Position numbers and translations under genes: made by a program. Shown here piece after piece: positions 19,374-29,493 of a stretch of 64,000 nucleotides of DNA (position 1 is the stretch's first letter; each line of letters begins with the position of its first letter). Below the pieces are notes generated by a model. It saw only the letters and a program-made list of their open reading frames with translations, was not told the origin of the DNA and did not search any database. This DNA comes from Candidatus Latescibacterota bacterium. Its GTDB lineage: Bacteria; Latescibacterota; UBA2968. Where the stretch lies: the NCBI GenBank assembly GCA_965116885.1, contig OZ220741.1, forward strand, positions 774,881 to 838,880, given 5' to 3'.

Positions 19374-20222
19374 ATGAACATCTCGCTCACATCAACAGAA
19401 CGAAGCTCTGGTGAACTGGCAAAAGACAAATTGGCAAATGCGATAGAGGCAATACGGCACGACGGCTATGTCATCATCGAGCAAGTGGTAAATCACGCGA
19501 TCCTCGACGCCCTCAAAACGCGCATGGACGAAGACTCTGCAAAGCTAATTGAAGCACAAAAATGGGGTGGCGCAGGTGGCGTACAGGGTCATTTACAGCA
19601 AGGTCCGCCACCATTTGACCCATACCTATCCCCAGACATCCTTGTCAATCCCTATGCCATTCAGATCTCACGAGAAATGCTGGGCACAGGGTTTTACTGT
19701 TGCTTTTACAACGGCAACACCAATACGCCAAACAGCACCTTTCAACCCCTTCATTCTGACGGCGTTCACCTCTGGGGAGAGCAAAACCGCCCCCATCCAG
19801 CAACCCAACTCATCATCAACATCTTTCCCCAGGACACATCTGACAAAAACGGATCGACACAAATCTGGCCAGGCTCACACCTCGATATGCGCCCGGTAAC
19901 AGACGAAACAGAAGCCGATCGTCGATCCTTTTCACCCCCCATTCAGGCCACCCTCCAAAAAGGCGACATCCTGATCCGCGATTCGCGCCTCTGGCATCGC
20001 GGCGTACCAAATCCCTCCGATCACAACCGCCACATGATCGCAGTTGTGTACAACATCGGATGGCTGGTCAAACGGCGAACACTCTTCTTCGATAAAAGCA
20101 GTAAAAAAATATTCGAAGCAGGTGGCGTCGATCCCAATGCCGAATTCATCGATCCTCCGTTCGAATACCTGTTTGAAATGGCGTGCAGAAAAATAAAAAA
20201 CGATCCCATGCGCGGCGTCTAA
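19374..20222 (+). CDS. PhyH-family Fe(II)/2OG dioxygenase (only plus-strand gene of the block; lower GC)
   Basis: H-S-D (PLHSDGVHLW) and distal His (LWHRGV); start MNISL preferred over upstream ATG 19341. Confidence 0.7.
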   Translation: MNISLTSTERSSGELAKDKLANAIEAIRHDGYVIIEQVVNHAILDALKTRMDEDSAKLIEAQKWGGAGGVQGHLQQGPPPFDPYLSPDILVNPYAIQISREMLGTGFYCCFYNGNTNTPNSTFQPLHSDGVHLWGEQNRPHPATQLIINIFPQDTSDKNGSTQIWPGSHLDMRPVTDETEADRRSFSPPIQATLQKGDILIRDSRLWHRGVPNPSDHNRHMIAVVYNIGWLVKRRTLFFDKSSKKIFEAGGVDPNAEFIDPPFEYLFEMACRKIKNDPMRGV

Positions 20223-20336
20223 ACCACTTCATTCTCGCCTGGCATAACCGCCCAATCGGTACGCAGTTCCGCGACGTGTTCGCCCAGTTCGCTATCGCTG
20301 AGGGGATGGACCGGTCGCATGGGCTGATCTCCTATC

Positions 20337-21620
20337 TCACTCTGCCTGCTTTTGTTGATTTTTCAGAATCTCGTCGAGAAGCGGCAGTCCTTTGAGCCGC
20401 GCTTTCCAGTTTCGAGGCTGTTTTTCGGCAAGGCTCATAATGCCTTTATTGTATTTGAATCCCTCGCTGGTCACATTCTCAATAATCGGATGCCAACTAT
20501 CCCCAGTGCGATCTCTTACAACCCCAACTGAGGGACCTCTAACCCGTTTGATCTTCCTATCATTCTTATCAAACCGTAGCGCTTTCAGGTATTCCTCCGG
20601 AACATTCGCAAGCCCCTTGAGTGCAATGGCCGCATTTGTCCCAAATATCGCATGGATATTCTTTACCGTAGTCCCATCTGAAAACACACCGGGTTTATAA
20701 CGCTCATCCGTCTGATTCCGTTTCTCCACATAACCAGGTCCCATCGTCACGGCAAAAGCACAACTCTTCACAGTCACACCGTCGATTTTGACAACGCCGT
20801 TTTGAGCTTTGTGTGGTCCAAGCAACACCGCAGTACTGCCATTCTCACAATATAGATTCTTTGCCGTAATATCATGCACGCCGCCGTTATGCCCTCCGGC
20901 ACCCGTTTCCAGTCTAAAAGTCACCCCACCGCCAATGGCTTCGAGATTTTCAAAATGGATGGTCTCCCCCGCATGCATCTGAACCAAACCGTAACCTGGG
21001 CTGGTATTCGTGCTTCTCAGGTTTCTCACCAGACCAGCGGTTGGCCTGAAGACGCCCTCACTCTCCACATCTCTATCGCTGGACGGCGTAAAGATAAATG
21101 CAGAATAAGTGGTAAAACTATCCTTAACATCAATATCGGAGAGCAGGAAATTTTTGACCTTCCTGCAGTTGACGGTCCGTATGCCTTCCCCCGCCACACT
21201 TCCGCGATCTGAATAATCGACAATAAACTTACCGCCCAACCCGCGAATACTGACATTCTCTATGGATTCGGCATTCCTTCCCGTACCCAATCCAAAAACA
21301 ATGGTCTTCGTACCTTTGGGCCAATAGGGTTTGATAACCGTGTCTTTCTCGATCAACAGGTGTACATTGGACTTCAAATTGATGCCCCCAAAACGATAAA
21401 CCCCTTTCGGAACGATCAGGCGTCCGCCACCTTTTACAGAGACCTCATCAATCGCTTTTTGCAATCGCTCACTCTGATTGCTCTCACCCCCATCATCAAC
21501 CAGTCCGAAATCCGTCTTCAGATTCATCGTCAAACCATTTGGATCCATCGTTTCCACGTATGTCGCCTCCGCAACCGCAGTCATTACAAATAGGGTTATC
21601 ATCAACAATACGGTCTTCAT
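20337..21620 (-). CDS. Secreted right-handed parallel beta-helix protein (pectate-lyase-3 / GH28-like glycosidase fold)
   Basis: 427 aa; signal peptide MKTVLLMITLFVMTAVAEA; N-term ...DFGLVDDGGESNQSERLQKAIDEV..GGGRLIVPKGVYRF.. matches pectate_lyase_3-type beta-helix; about 47% GC. Confidence 0.6.
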   Translation of the reverse strand: MKTVLLMITLFVMTAVAEATYVETMDPNGLTMNLKTDFGLVDDGGESNQSERLQKAIDEVSVKGGGRLIVPKGVYRFGGINLKSNVHLLIEKDTVIKPYWPKGTKTIVFGLGTGRNAESIENVSIRGLGGKFIVDYSDRGSVAGEGIRTVNCRKVKNFLLSDIDVKDSFTTYSAFIFTPSSDRDVESEGVFRPTAGLVRNLRSTNTSPGYGLVQMHAGETIHFENLEAIGGGVTFRLETGAGGHNGGVHDITAKNLYCENGSTAVLLGPHKAQNGVVKIDGVTVKSCAFAVTMGPGYVEKRNQTDERYKPGVFSDGTTVKNIHAIFGTNAAIALKGLANVPEEYLKALRFDKNDRKIKRVRGPSVGVVRDRTGDSWHPIIENVTSEGFKYNKGIMSLAEKQPRNWKARLKGLPLLDEILKNQQKQAE

Positions 21621-21632
21621 GGTTGTCTCCCC

Positions 21633-23441
21633 TCACTGACGTTCAACATAAACGTAGTAAGCGCCGCAGATGGGCTGGTTGCGCTCGTCGTCGAACCAGG
21701 TGTGCAAAAGCGTGGGGCCCGGCTCCAGATCCACGGTAAACACAACACCCTGATCGTCTGGCTTAACGGGCCTGGCGTAGAATTGTCCACCGACCAGCAC
21801 ACGCGCTCTGGCAATCGGCAACGCAATACCCGCTTTCAGTTCGCCATCGGTCAATTGAGCCGCCTGGCAAGCCTCTCTCAGCTTGAGGCCGCTCTCTCTC
21901 GGCCAGCGCCGCAGTTCAAAAGTGTACGTGCCAGCGGCCTCGACCATCAGGTGCCAGTAACTGTTCTTCCGCACGGCCGTCCTCACCTGCCGCTGCTGAT
22001 CCACAAAGACATCTCGCCACTCGCAGGCCGACAGCGTCATCGGATTCTCGGCTTCACTGCCGATGGTAATCCGCTGCACTTGATTGGCGACCGGTTCCAC
22101 TTCTTGCCACCAGGCATTTAGATAATCCCGCATCTGCCGGACAATGTCAGGATGCTGATCGGCAACATCGAGATTCTGTTCGGGATCGCTATCCAGATCA
22201 TACAGTGCCGTTCCTTCAAGCAAGCGCCACCGTTTCCAGAGCACAGCAGCCCCCTCGCGTCTTATGAACGAAGGGCTGTCGGGCGTCGGGTAGTCCAGCT
22301 GCCCGGGCATACGGCTGTAATTCACCGTCAACATGCGATCTTCCGGCACCTGCTCCGCACCCCGCAAAGCCGGAGATAGGCTAATCCCGTCCAAACGCAA
22401 TTCGGCTGGCGATTCCAGCCCACAAAACTCGATCAAAGTCGGCAAAATATCCTGCACCTGAGTCAGTCCCTCAATCTCCCGGGGTTCGCCCAGACCACCA
22501 TTTGGCCAATGCAAGAAAAACGGTACCCGATGCCCACCTTCCCAGAGCTCGCACTTTTTACCCCGCATCCCGGCATTGTAATAGACAGAACCAAAAGTAC
22601 TGCCATTATCAGTCATAAAAATCAGGATGGTATCCCTATCTACGCCCTGTTCTTGCAGAAAGCGCCGAAGCGCACCGACCTGAGTATCCAGATTTCGAAT
22701 CATAGCGAGAAAGCGAATGATATTTTCTCGCAAATTTTCGGGAAGTGCAGGCAACTGGTGTTCATCCTCTGCAAATGCCGCCTCAATGGCCTCGCGGTCT
22801 TCGGCAGGCACAAAAAGTGGGGCGTGCGGGGCATTGGTCGGCAGGAAAGTGAAAAAGGGTTCTGAAGCCGCGATCCGTGCTTGCATCCACGCTTTTGCCG
22901 CGTTGAAAAAGACCTCGGTACAGTACCCATCCTGTCGCACGCGAGAGCCATTGTGACAGTATATATCATCGAAATAATCGTTCTCCCAGTAGTCGGGCAC
23001 CGAACTGATATGAGAGGATGGAAACCAGAGACTTTCCTCAAAACCGCGGTCTTGAGGACGGTACGGATAGTTGTCGCCCAGATGCCATTTGCCAAACACA
23101 CCCGTTCGGTAACCGTTCGACCGGAAAATATCGGCCATGGTCGGCAAATCTGGGCGCAAAAGCGAGCGTCCGCTGCTCACGTTCACAGCGCCATTGCGTG
23201 CCGCATCAAGTCCGCTCAGCAATTGACCGCGAGTAGGCGTACACATGGGCGCGACGTGAAAATCCATCAGCCGAATACTTTCCCCGTGCAAGCTGTCCAG
23301 ATTCGGCGTCCGGGCAACGGGATTGCCGTGACAGCCCAGATCGCCATACCCCTGGTCGTCGGTAATGATCAAAATCACATTGGGGCGAGAAGGGTGCAGG
23401 CTCGATGATTCGCGTTCTTTCAAAACAGTTTTACCTTTCAA
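21633..23441 (-). CDS. Sulfatase (S1 family) with C-terminal extension domain
   Basis: 602 aa; NVILIITDDQGYGDLGCHGN and C-T-P-T-R-G-Q-L-L-S-G. Confidence 0.9.
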   Translation of the reverse strand: MKGKTVLKERESSSLHPSRPNVILIITDDQGYGDLGCHGNPVARTPNLDSLHGESIRLMDFHVAPMCTPTRGQLLSGLDAARNGAVNVSSGRSLLRPDLPTMADIFRSNGYRTGVFGKWHLGDNYPYRPQDRGFEESLWFPSSHISSVPDYWENDYFDDIYCHNGSRVRQDGYCTEVFFNAAKAWMQARIAASEPFFTFLPTNAPHAPLFVPAEDREAIEAAFAEDEHQLPALPENLRENIIRFLAMIRNLDTQVGALRRFLQEQGVDRDTILIFMTDNGSTFGSVYYNAGMRGKKCELWEGGHRVPFFLHWPNGGLGEPREIEGLTQVQDILPTLIEFCGLESPAELRLDGISLSPALRGAEQVPEDRMLTVNYSRMPGQLDYPTPDSPSFIRREGAAVLWKRWRLLEGTALYDLDSDPEQNLDVADQHPDIVRQMRDYLNAWWQEVEPVANQVQRITIGSEAENPMTLSACEWRDVFVDQQRQVRTAVRKNSYWHLMVEAAGTYTFELRRWPRESGLKLREACQAAQLTDGELKAGIALPIARARVLVGGQFYARPVKPDDQGVVFTVDLEPGPTLLHTWFDDERNQPICGAYYVYVERQ

Positions 23442-23490
23442 TGAACAATTATCAGGTCTTTTTCAGATCTTCCCTGGCCAGATCATCCAT

Positions 23491-24879
23491 TTAATAAATC
23501 AGCCGGCCTTTGCGTAGCGCAGGCTCATTGTAGCGCTCCATCTGGGCAATCAGCTCAGCTTTAAACTTCTCGGCAATCTCTTTGTATTCGGGATCGGAAT
23601 ATACGTTGACCAGCTCATCCGGGTCCTTATGCAGATCGTACAACCAGGGATCATCAACCTGTGAGAGAACCAGTTTATAACGTCGGTTAACGGCCATAAC
23701 GGTCTGCGATCCTGAAGTAGTCATATAGACAATGCGATCATCATCTACCACCTTTTCATCACCGAGAAACGCCGCAGCATCATTTAACCCATGGGCATCT
23801 GGAATCTCCTCCTCAATCCCCATAATACCCAGAATCGTCGGACCGAAATCAACCGTCGTATAGGCGGTATTCACAACTTTCCCCGGCGCGATCTTCTCCG
23901 GCCAGCGAATCACAAACGGAATCTTTGCACTGCCCTCGTAGGGCATCCCCTTGTTGTGGCGTCTATGTTCGCCCATCAGGTCGCCGTGATCGGCAGTAAA
24001 AATTACGATCGTATTCTGATCCAACCCCCCGGCTTCCAGATCTGCCAGAATGCGCCCCACATTATCGTCGATGCATTTGACCATCCCAAAATACCTCTGC
24101 ATCTGCCTCTGATTCAGCTCATGGGCCGTATTCCTGTCTCCAAACCGGTGCCATTTCGGCATTTTCTCCACAGGAAAATCCATCGTGCGCGGATTTTGAA
24201 AAACCATGTCTTTGTACATCGTATCGTAGGGCGCGCGAACCGTATTTGGCCCGTGCGGATCCGGGATAGAAACCATAATGCAAAAGGGTTGATTCTGATC
24301 GCGCTCGATAATTTCCAGGGTGCGGATAGTCAACCAATCAGTTGTAAACGATTTTTCGTCGGCATCATCTACTCTGCTGGCAGGTCCACCCCTGTTGTTC
24401 CTCGCCGCAACATAGGGCGTGCCATCATCTTTCAACCCAAGTTTCTTCCAGTGACCGCGGTTCCACATATACCGATTGTCTTCAAAACCGAATTTGTGCT
24501 CTGGCGCAAAACCGGGCTTGGCTTCTCCACCCAGATGCCACTTGCCGAGATATGAGGTGGCATAACCCTGATTCTTGAGCACCTCGGCAAACGTGATCAG
24601 CCCCTCTTTCAGGGGAATGTCGTTTTTATAAACATCGGTAGCAATCGGATAAAGACCGGAAACAAAAGAAGCACGCGAAGGCGAACAAACAGGCGACGAC
24701 GAATAATAACTGTCGCAAATAGCACCGTCCCGCGCGAGCGAATCAATATGCGGCGTATCTACTTTAACGCCTGGTCCCCAGACAAAAGCCTGATCCTCCG
24801 TCATCAAATCGCGATAACAACCCAATGTGCGAAAATTGTGTTCATCGGTATGAATAATCAGCAGATTCGGTTTACTCAT
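23491..24879 (-). CDS. Sulfatase (S1 family)
   Basis: 462 aa; NLLIIHTDEH and C-S-P-S-R-A-S-F-V-S-G. Confidence 0.9.
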   Translation of the reverse strand: MSKPNLLIIHTDEHNFRTLGCYRDLMTEDQAFVWGPGVKVDTPHIDSLARDGAICDSYYSSSPVCSPSRASFVSGLYPIATDVYKNDIPLKEGLITFAEVLKNQGYATSYLGKWHLGGEAKPGFAPEHKFGFEDNRYMWNRGHWKKLGLKDDGTPYVAARNNRGGPASRVDDADEKSFTTDWLTIRTLEIIERDQNQPFCIMVSIPDPHGPNTVRAPYDTMYKDMVFQNPRTMDFPVEKMPKWHRFGDRNTAHELNQRQMQRYFGMVKCIDDNVGRILADLEAGGLDQNTIVIFTADHGDLMGEHRRHNKGMPYEGSAKIPFVIRWPEKIAPGKVVNTAYTTVDFGPTILGIMGIEEEIPDAHGLNDAAAFLGDEKVVDDDRIVYMTTSGSQTVMAVNRRYKLVLSQVDDPWLYDLHKDPDELVNVYSDPEYKEIAEKFKAELIAQMERYNEPALRKGRLIY

Positions 24880-24894
24880 TTGGTTCTCCCTTAC

Positions 24895-25611
24895 TCAAAC
24901 TGGGCCAGCCGCCCATCTTACAGCCTTTTCCACCAGATAACCCAGTGCGTCTGTCTTTTCGGGATGCGCGCTAAAACAAAATACACGGCCTTTTTCAAAC
25001 TGCGTGCGAACAATGGCTGAAGTGCCTGGCATAACGCCTTCAGGCGCACCTTTTTTTGCGATCTCAGTGCGGTATAGAGCAAGACATTCGTAATCGGGGA
25101 CGAGTGGATCATCCGATTCACGGCGTCCCAGCAGCGGTCCCTGACCATAGAAAATCTGAAGATTTTTCTCCTTGATCCCAAACAACTTCTGGGCATCCGA
25201 AGACAGTTCAATCGTCACAATGCCAGTGCCCCGCGCCCAGTGTTCTCGGTCTATCACCTTTGCATCTATCAAGTCGAGAGACCACAGGTAGTCATTGGTC
25301 GCAAGATAGGCTCCGGCACAGATCCCGATAAAACCGCCTCCCTCTTTTACAAATTCCCGCACTGCTTCTCTCCCCTTTGACTCCAGGGCACGCCCTTGCT
25401 TTCCACCGCTACCACCGGGTTGGATGAGAACATCCACCTCCGAGAGCTTACCCCCACGAATTGCCAGAGCGTCCATCCTGACGATCTCGAAATCCGGCTT
25501 TGCCTTTGCCTTGCCGAGCACTTCGAGAAGTTCCGCGCAACTTGGACCAGCGCCTTCGCCCTCATACACAGCGATCCGAATCCGGGTATTTTTTATTTTC
25601 TTTTCACTCAT
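24895..25611 (-). CDS. Class I glutamine amidotransferase-like / BPL_N-type domain protein
   Basis: Start MSEKKIKN; ...EGGGFIGICAGAYLAT... nucleophile-elbow-like motif. Confidence 0.5.
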   Translation of the reverse strand: MSEKKIKNTRIRIAVYEGEGAGPSCAELLEVLGKAKAKPDFEIVRMDALAIRGGKLSEVDVLIQPGGSGGKQGRALESKGREAVREFVKEGGGFIGICAGAYLATNDYLWSLDLIDAKVIDREHWARGTGIVTIELSSDAQKLFGIKEKNLQIFYGQGPLLGRRESDDPLVPDYECLALYRTEIAKKGAPEGVMPGTSAIVRTQFEKGRVFCFSAHPEKTDALGYLVEKAVRWAAGPV

Positions 25612-26443
25612 ATTGCACAACCGGTGGTTTTGATGGCTCAATAGGCCGAATAATCTTTCGACGGGCGGGCGTCAATCTCGCCACCAACTCATCGGAATAT
25701 TCATACCCCAAACGATCTCGGGTCCAAAAAGACGAATACCGATAAATCAATGCGCGGCGCTCTCCTTCGTTGGTCCTCACACTGGCACCGTGAATAAGTG
25801 CATCAGTAAACACAACGGCATCTCCCGCCTTGAGATGCACCTCCTTGAGAAGGGGAGCCATATCACCGGGCTCGAGAACATAATCCTTCCTGCCCTGCCT
25901 TTTCTGATGCACCAGCGGATTTGGAAGATTGGACTTATGGGACCCGGGAACGACCAGTGTCCCACCATCCCCGGGACCAATATCATTCAGCGCCAGGAGA
26001 ATGTTCAAATTGCCACAGAAAAATTTATTGTCGTGATATTCAAAACTCGTGCGATACATCTTATTGTGACCGCCAGCATGCAACCTCACATGGCTCCCAC
26101 GACGGATGATCGGAAGAAAATTCATCCAGATGTGCAAACCGTGGTTATCCACGTACCGCTTGACAAACTCGATCCAGTTCGGATTATCGATCAACGCCTC
26201 AAAACACGAACCCCCTTCGATAACATTTCTGAAACTCACACTGTGACTATTGGTATTTTCATTTTTCACAACATGAACATTGCCCAACCATTCCTCACCA
26301 GCGTCGCTCAAAACAAGCCATTCATCAACCTTCTCATTGATCTCGGCAATAAGCTCTGGCTGCACGGCGTTTTCCAGAATGAGGAAGCCCTCAAGATCAA
26401 AACAATAGTCATCCCATTTATCGGGCATAGGTGTCATAGTCAT
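25604..26443 (-). CDS. PhyH-family dioxygenase-like protein, HxG variant (LHAGGH), paralog of 26457-27293
   Basis: 279 aa; no HxD/E upstream of distal His (ALIHGASV); about 55% identical to the next gene. Confidence 0.7.
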   Translation of the reverse strand: MTMTPMPDKWDDYCFDLEGFLILENAVQPELIAEINEKVDEWLVLSDAGEEWLGNVHVVKNENTNSHSVSFRNVIEGGSCFEALIDNPNWIEFVKRYVDNHGLHIWMNFLPIIRRGSHVRLHAGGHNKMYRTSFEYHDNKFFCGNLNILLALNDIGPGDGGTLVVPGSHKSNLPNPLVHQKRQGRKDYVLEPGDMAPLLKEVHLKAGDAVVFTDALIHGASVRTNEGERRALIYRYSSFWTRDRLGYEYSDELVARLTPARRKIIRPIEPSKPPVVQYE

Positions 26444-26456
26444 ATCCCCTAAAAAA

Positions 26457-27293
26457 TCATGCAGTCACAGATTGAACAGGCGGTCTTATCGGCACAACAG
26501 GCCGCACAATTTTTCTGCGTGCAGGCGTGAGCCTGGCGAGCAATTCTTCTGACGGCTCAAAACCAGTAGCATTTTTCATCCAAAACGCAGTGTATCGATA
26601 AATCAGTATCCTGCGCTCGCCATCATTAGTCCGCACACTGGCACCGTGTGTACACGCATCCGTAAAAATAACAGCATCTCCAGCATCGAGATGCATTTCC
26701 TTTAAATAGGGCCTCAATTTCGTCTCCTCAACCGCAGTCTTATGTCGCCCATTCTCCGCCTCAAAAACCAGAGGATTAACCACATTGCATTTATGTGATC
26801 CAGGCACAATCATAGTACCGCCATCCCCCGGACCAATATCGTTCAGCGCGAGTAAAACATTGAAATTGCCACAATAGAAATTATCGTTATGATATCGAAA
26901 ACTGGTGCGATAACTCTTATTATGCCCACCGGAATGCACAGGTACATAGCTACCTTTTCGACTGACAGACAGATGGTTCGCCCAGATGTACAACCCATCA
27001 TTATCGACATAGCGCTTCACGTACTCGAGCCAATTGGGATTATCGATCAACGCCTCAAAAGCTGGTCCACCCTCAATAATATTGGCAAACTTAATATCGG
27101 GACCCTTTACGGGTTCGGGATCGCTACCGCGAACATGACCGATCCATTTGTGTCCGGCCTCGTGTAAAGCAACCCACTCATCAACCGTCTCATTAATCTC
27201 CGCAATCAACTCTGGGGAAACGACATCCTTCAGAACGAGATATCCCTGAAGATCAAAACGGTAATCATCCCATTCAGTGGGTGAGGGTACCAT
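26457..27293 (-). CDS. PhyH-family dioxygenase-like protein, HxG variant (VHSGGH)
   Basis: 278 aa; tandem paralog of 25604-26443. Confidence 0.7.
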   Translation of the reverse strand: MVPSPTEWDDYRFDLQGYLVLKDVVSPELIAEINETVDEWVALHEAGHKWIGHVRGSDPEPVKGPDIKFANIIEGGPAFEALIDNPNWLEYVKRYVDNDGLYIWANHLSVSRKGSYVPVHSGGHNKSYRTSFRYHNDNFYCGNFNVLLALNDIGPGDGGTMIVPGSHKCNVVNPLVFEAENGRHKTAVEETKLRPYLKEMHLDAGDAVIFTDACTHGASVRTNDGERRILIYRYTAFWMKNATGFEPSEELLARLTPARRKIVRPVVPIRPPVQSVTA

Positions 27294-27421
27294 ATTTTTT
27301 CTCCTTATTTATCAACGCGAATGCCCCCAGTGTGCCCAGAACCCAATCGAAACCACTGGGGGCAATTGTACTGCTGTCAAGATTCCCACGTTGCTTTAAA
27401 TCGTACCATACAATTTCCCTG

Positions 27422-28516
27422 TTATTCACAGTACAACTTCGCCACGGCAATCGCATCCTCTTCCCAGCAGGTATAAAACAAATACAACTGACCATCTTCT
27501 TTGAAGGCATAAGAATCGTGCACCACATCGCCCTCCCAATCCTCCTCAGCGCGGACCATATCTTCGGGGGGATAACTCGTCTGCCACGTCCGCCAATCGC
27601 CTGCACTCAAATCCACAGTCGAACGCATAATATATTCCGGCTCCTCCCATTTTCGGCTGTAAAACACCTCCAGCGTCTCGCCGTCTTCCATCACCCGCAC
27701 AGACCCGTGGCGCAGACCCAACCCCCCATTGGGAAGATGATCACCCGCCAGCCCATCGGCGACGAGATCATCTTCAATAGGCGACGACTCAGCAGACACC
27801 CACAGAGGGTCGCTCGTATTCCAACCCTCTGGCGCATCCCACGGACATTCGGGATCAGCCGGCTCTAAAAAAAATCCGCGCTGTGCAAAACCGTACCAAT
27901 CGCCGCGATAGGTAAACACCCGCAAATAATTTCGATCCGCAAATTTCAACCTTTTCAATCCATGGCCTTCTTCCCCACCTACCTCGGGACGGTTAAAATT
28001 CAACCCGGACTTCGACGTCGCCACAAATGAACGCTGGCCATCATTGCTCTTCCCGTGAACCACCATGATAAAATGCCGATTATCCTCATCCACAATCACC
28101 TCGGGAGACGACACATGCCCCGTCAACACAATGCCATCTACCACATCAATCGTCTCAGTCTCATTGCCCAGCCGCAAATCAAACACCCCGCGCCCCGGAA
28201 AACGCGGATCATCCAATCTCCCGGCATTAAAAATCGTCCAATCCGCCGAATCCACCCGATCTGACCACGCCATGTGAATACTCGTCCCGTGATGCGACGC
28301 AAAATAGAGATAATAATTCGCATCCGAATGTGCCCGATCTTCCGCAGACACCCAATCGGGAATCCGAACCACCGTGGGAAACATCGCATCGCCGCGCAAC
28401 CTCGAGCGATTGGGATCTGCGCCAATTCTGAGCCGCCGCACATCATTTCCCTCGACAATCGGCCTGCCGTGCAATTTCTCGACCCGATAAGTTACTACAC
28501 CCATACATTCCTCCAT
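27422..28516 (-). CDS. Hypothetical protein, possibly beta-propeller glycoside hydrolase-like
   Basis: 364 aa, Trp/Asp-rich, no secure motif; embedded in sulfatase/PhyH block. Confidence 0.4.
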   Translation of the reverse strand: MEECMGVVTYRVEKLHGRPIVEGNDVRRLRIGADPNRSRLRGDAMFPTVVRIPDWVSAEDRAHSDANYYLYFASHHGTSIHMAWSDRVDSADWTIFNAGRLDDPRFPGRGVFDLRLGNETETIDVVDGIVLTGHVSSPEVIVDEDNRHFIMVVHGKSNDGQRSFVATSKSGLNFNRPEVGGEEGHGLKRLKFADRNYLRVFTYRGDWYGFAQRGFFLEPADPECPWDAPEGWNTSDPLWVSAESSPIEDDLVADGLAGDHLPNGGLGLRHGSVRVMEDGETLEVFYSRKWEEPEYIMRSTVDLSAGDWRTWQTSYPPEDMVRAEEDWEGDVVHDSYAFKEDGQLYLFYTCWEEDAIAVAKLYCE

Positions 28517-28519
28517 AAT

Positions 28520-29476
28520 TCAACGGCGTTCATTCAGCGACGTCCAACCGCGTCCCGGGGTGTGAACCTTCTTTCTATCCCACTCCCTCCGCAACGCGGC
28601 AAATTCCCCGGGATCTCGCATCTCGCGCTCGGGATTTTGCGTATCCTGAATCACGAAATACGCCTCACCCGGATGGCACGCCATCGTCACTGGCTCGCGT
28701 TCTGGCGTATAATCTTCGGGCACCTCGCCGATATTGCTCGGCACGCCAAAATCCTGATATCGCAAATCCATACTCCACCGCACAATATCCGTCTTGTTTT
28801 CAAACGAAGCATGCGGCGTCAAATTCGTCAAAAACAAAACCGACCCCGCCGACATCTCCACAGGTATCGCACCCTCGGGAACATTTTCAGGTGCAATTTC
28901 CAAAAAGCCCGCGTGCCCACCCGTATAATGTCGAATAATCCCCTTATCCTGCACCTTTGGAATCACCCACAAACACCCATTATCCAGCGTCGCATCCACC
29001 AGCGGTACCCAACACGTCACCATCAAATACTCGTAACAATGCGCCATTGAATAACCCGCATCCTGATGCCACGGCACCTCCCCGCGCGAATAGCCCGGCA
29101 CCTTGGGACGTATGCGATAAATCGACGTACCGACGATATTGGGACCAATAATATCCTCAATACACGCAATCAACGGCCGATGCCGCAACGCCTTCAAAAT
29201 CCCCGGCCCGTGAAACCTGCCCGACCAGATCGACATCAACACCTTGTGGGCGGCCTCCGGATTGTACCGATTAAGCCTCGTCAGCCGCGTCTCAAACGGC
29301 TCCTCAGCAAAATCGCGGTCCAGCTCGCCTTCGGCAATCAACTCATCGCACTTCTCCTGAACCGCGCCCGTCAACCCATCCTTCAAAAGTTGCAAATCGT
29401 CCGAAGAATAAATGGATTCTTTAACCACATAACCAAGCTCTTTGAATTGTCTAACTTCCTCTGCTGTAAGCCCCAT
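28520..29476 (-). CDS. PhyH-family Fe(II)/2OG dioxygenase
   Basis: Start MGLTAEEV (RBS AAAGGAAA); classic VPWHQDAGY motif. Confidence 0.75.
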   Translation of the reverse strand: MGLTAEEVRQFKELGYVVKESIYSSDDLQLLKDGLTGAVQEKCDELIAEGELDRDFAEEPFETRLTRLNRYNPEAAHKVLMSIWSGRFHGPGILKALRHRPLIACIEDIIGPNIVGTSIYRIRPKVPGYSRGEVPWHQDAGYSMAHCYEYLMVTCWVPLVDATLDNGCLWVIPKVQDKGIIRHYTGGHAGFLEIAPENVPEGAIPVEMSAGSVLFLTNLTPHASFENKTDIVRWSMDLRYQDFGVPSNIGEVPEDYTPEREPVTMACHPGEAYFVIQDTQNPEREMRDPGEFAALRREWDRKKVHTPGRGWTSLNERR

Positions 29477-29493
29477 AGATATTTCCTTTCCGA

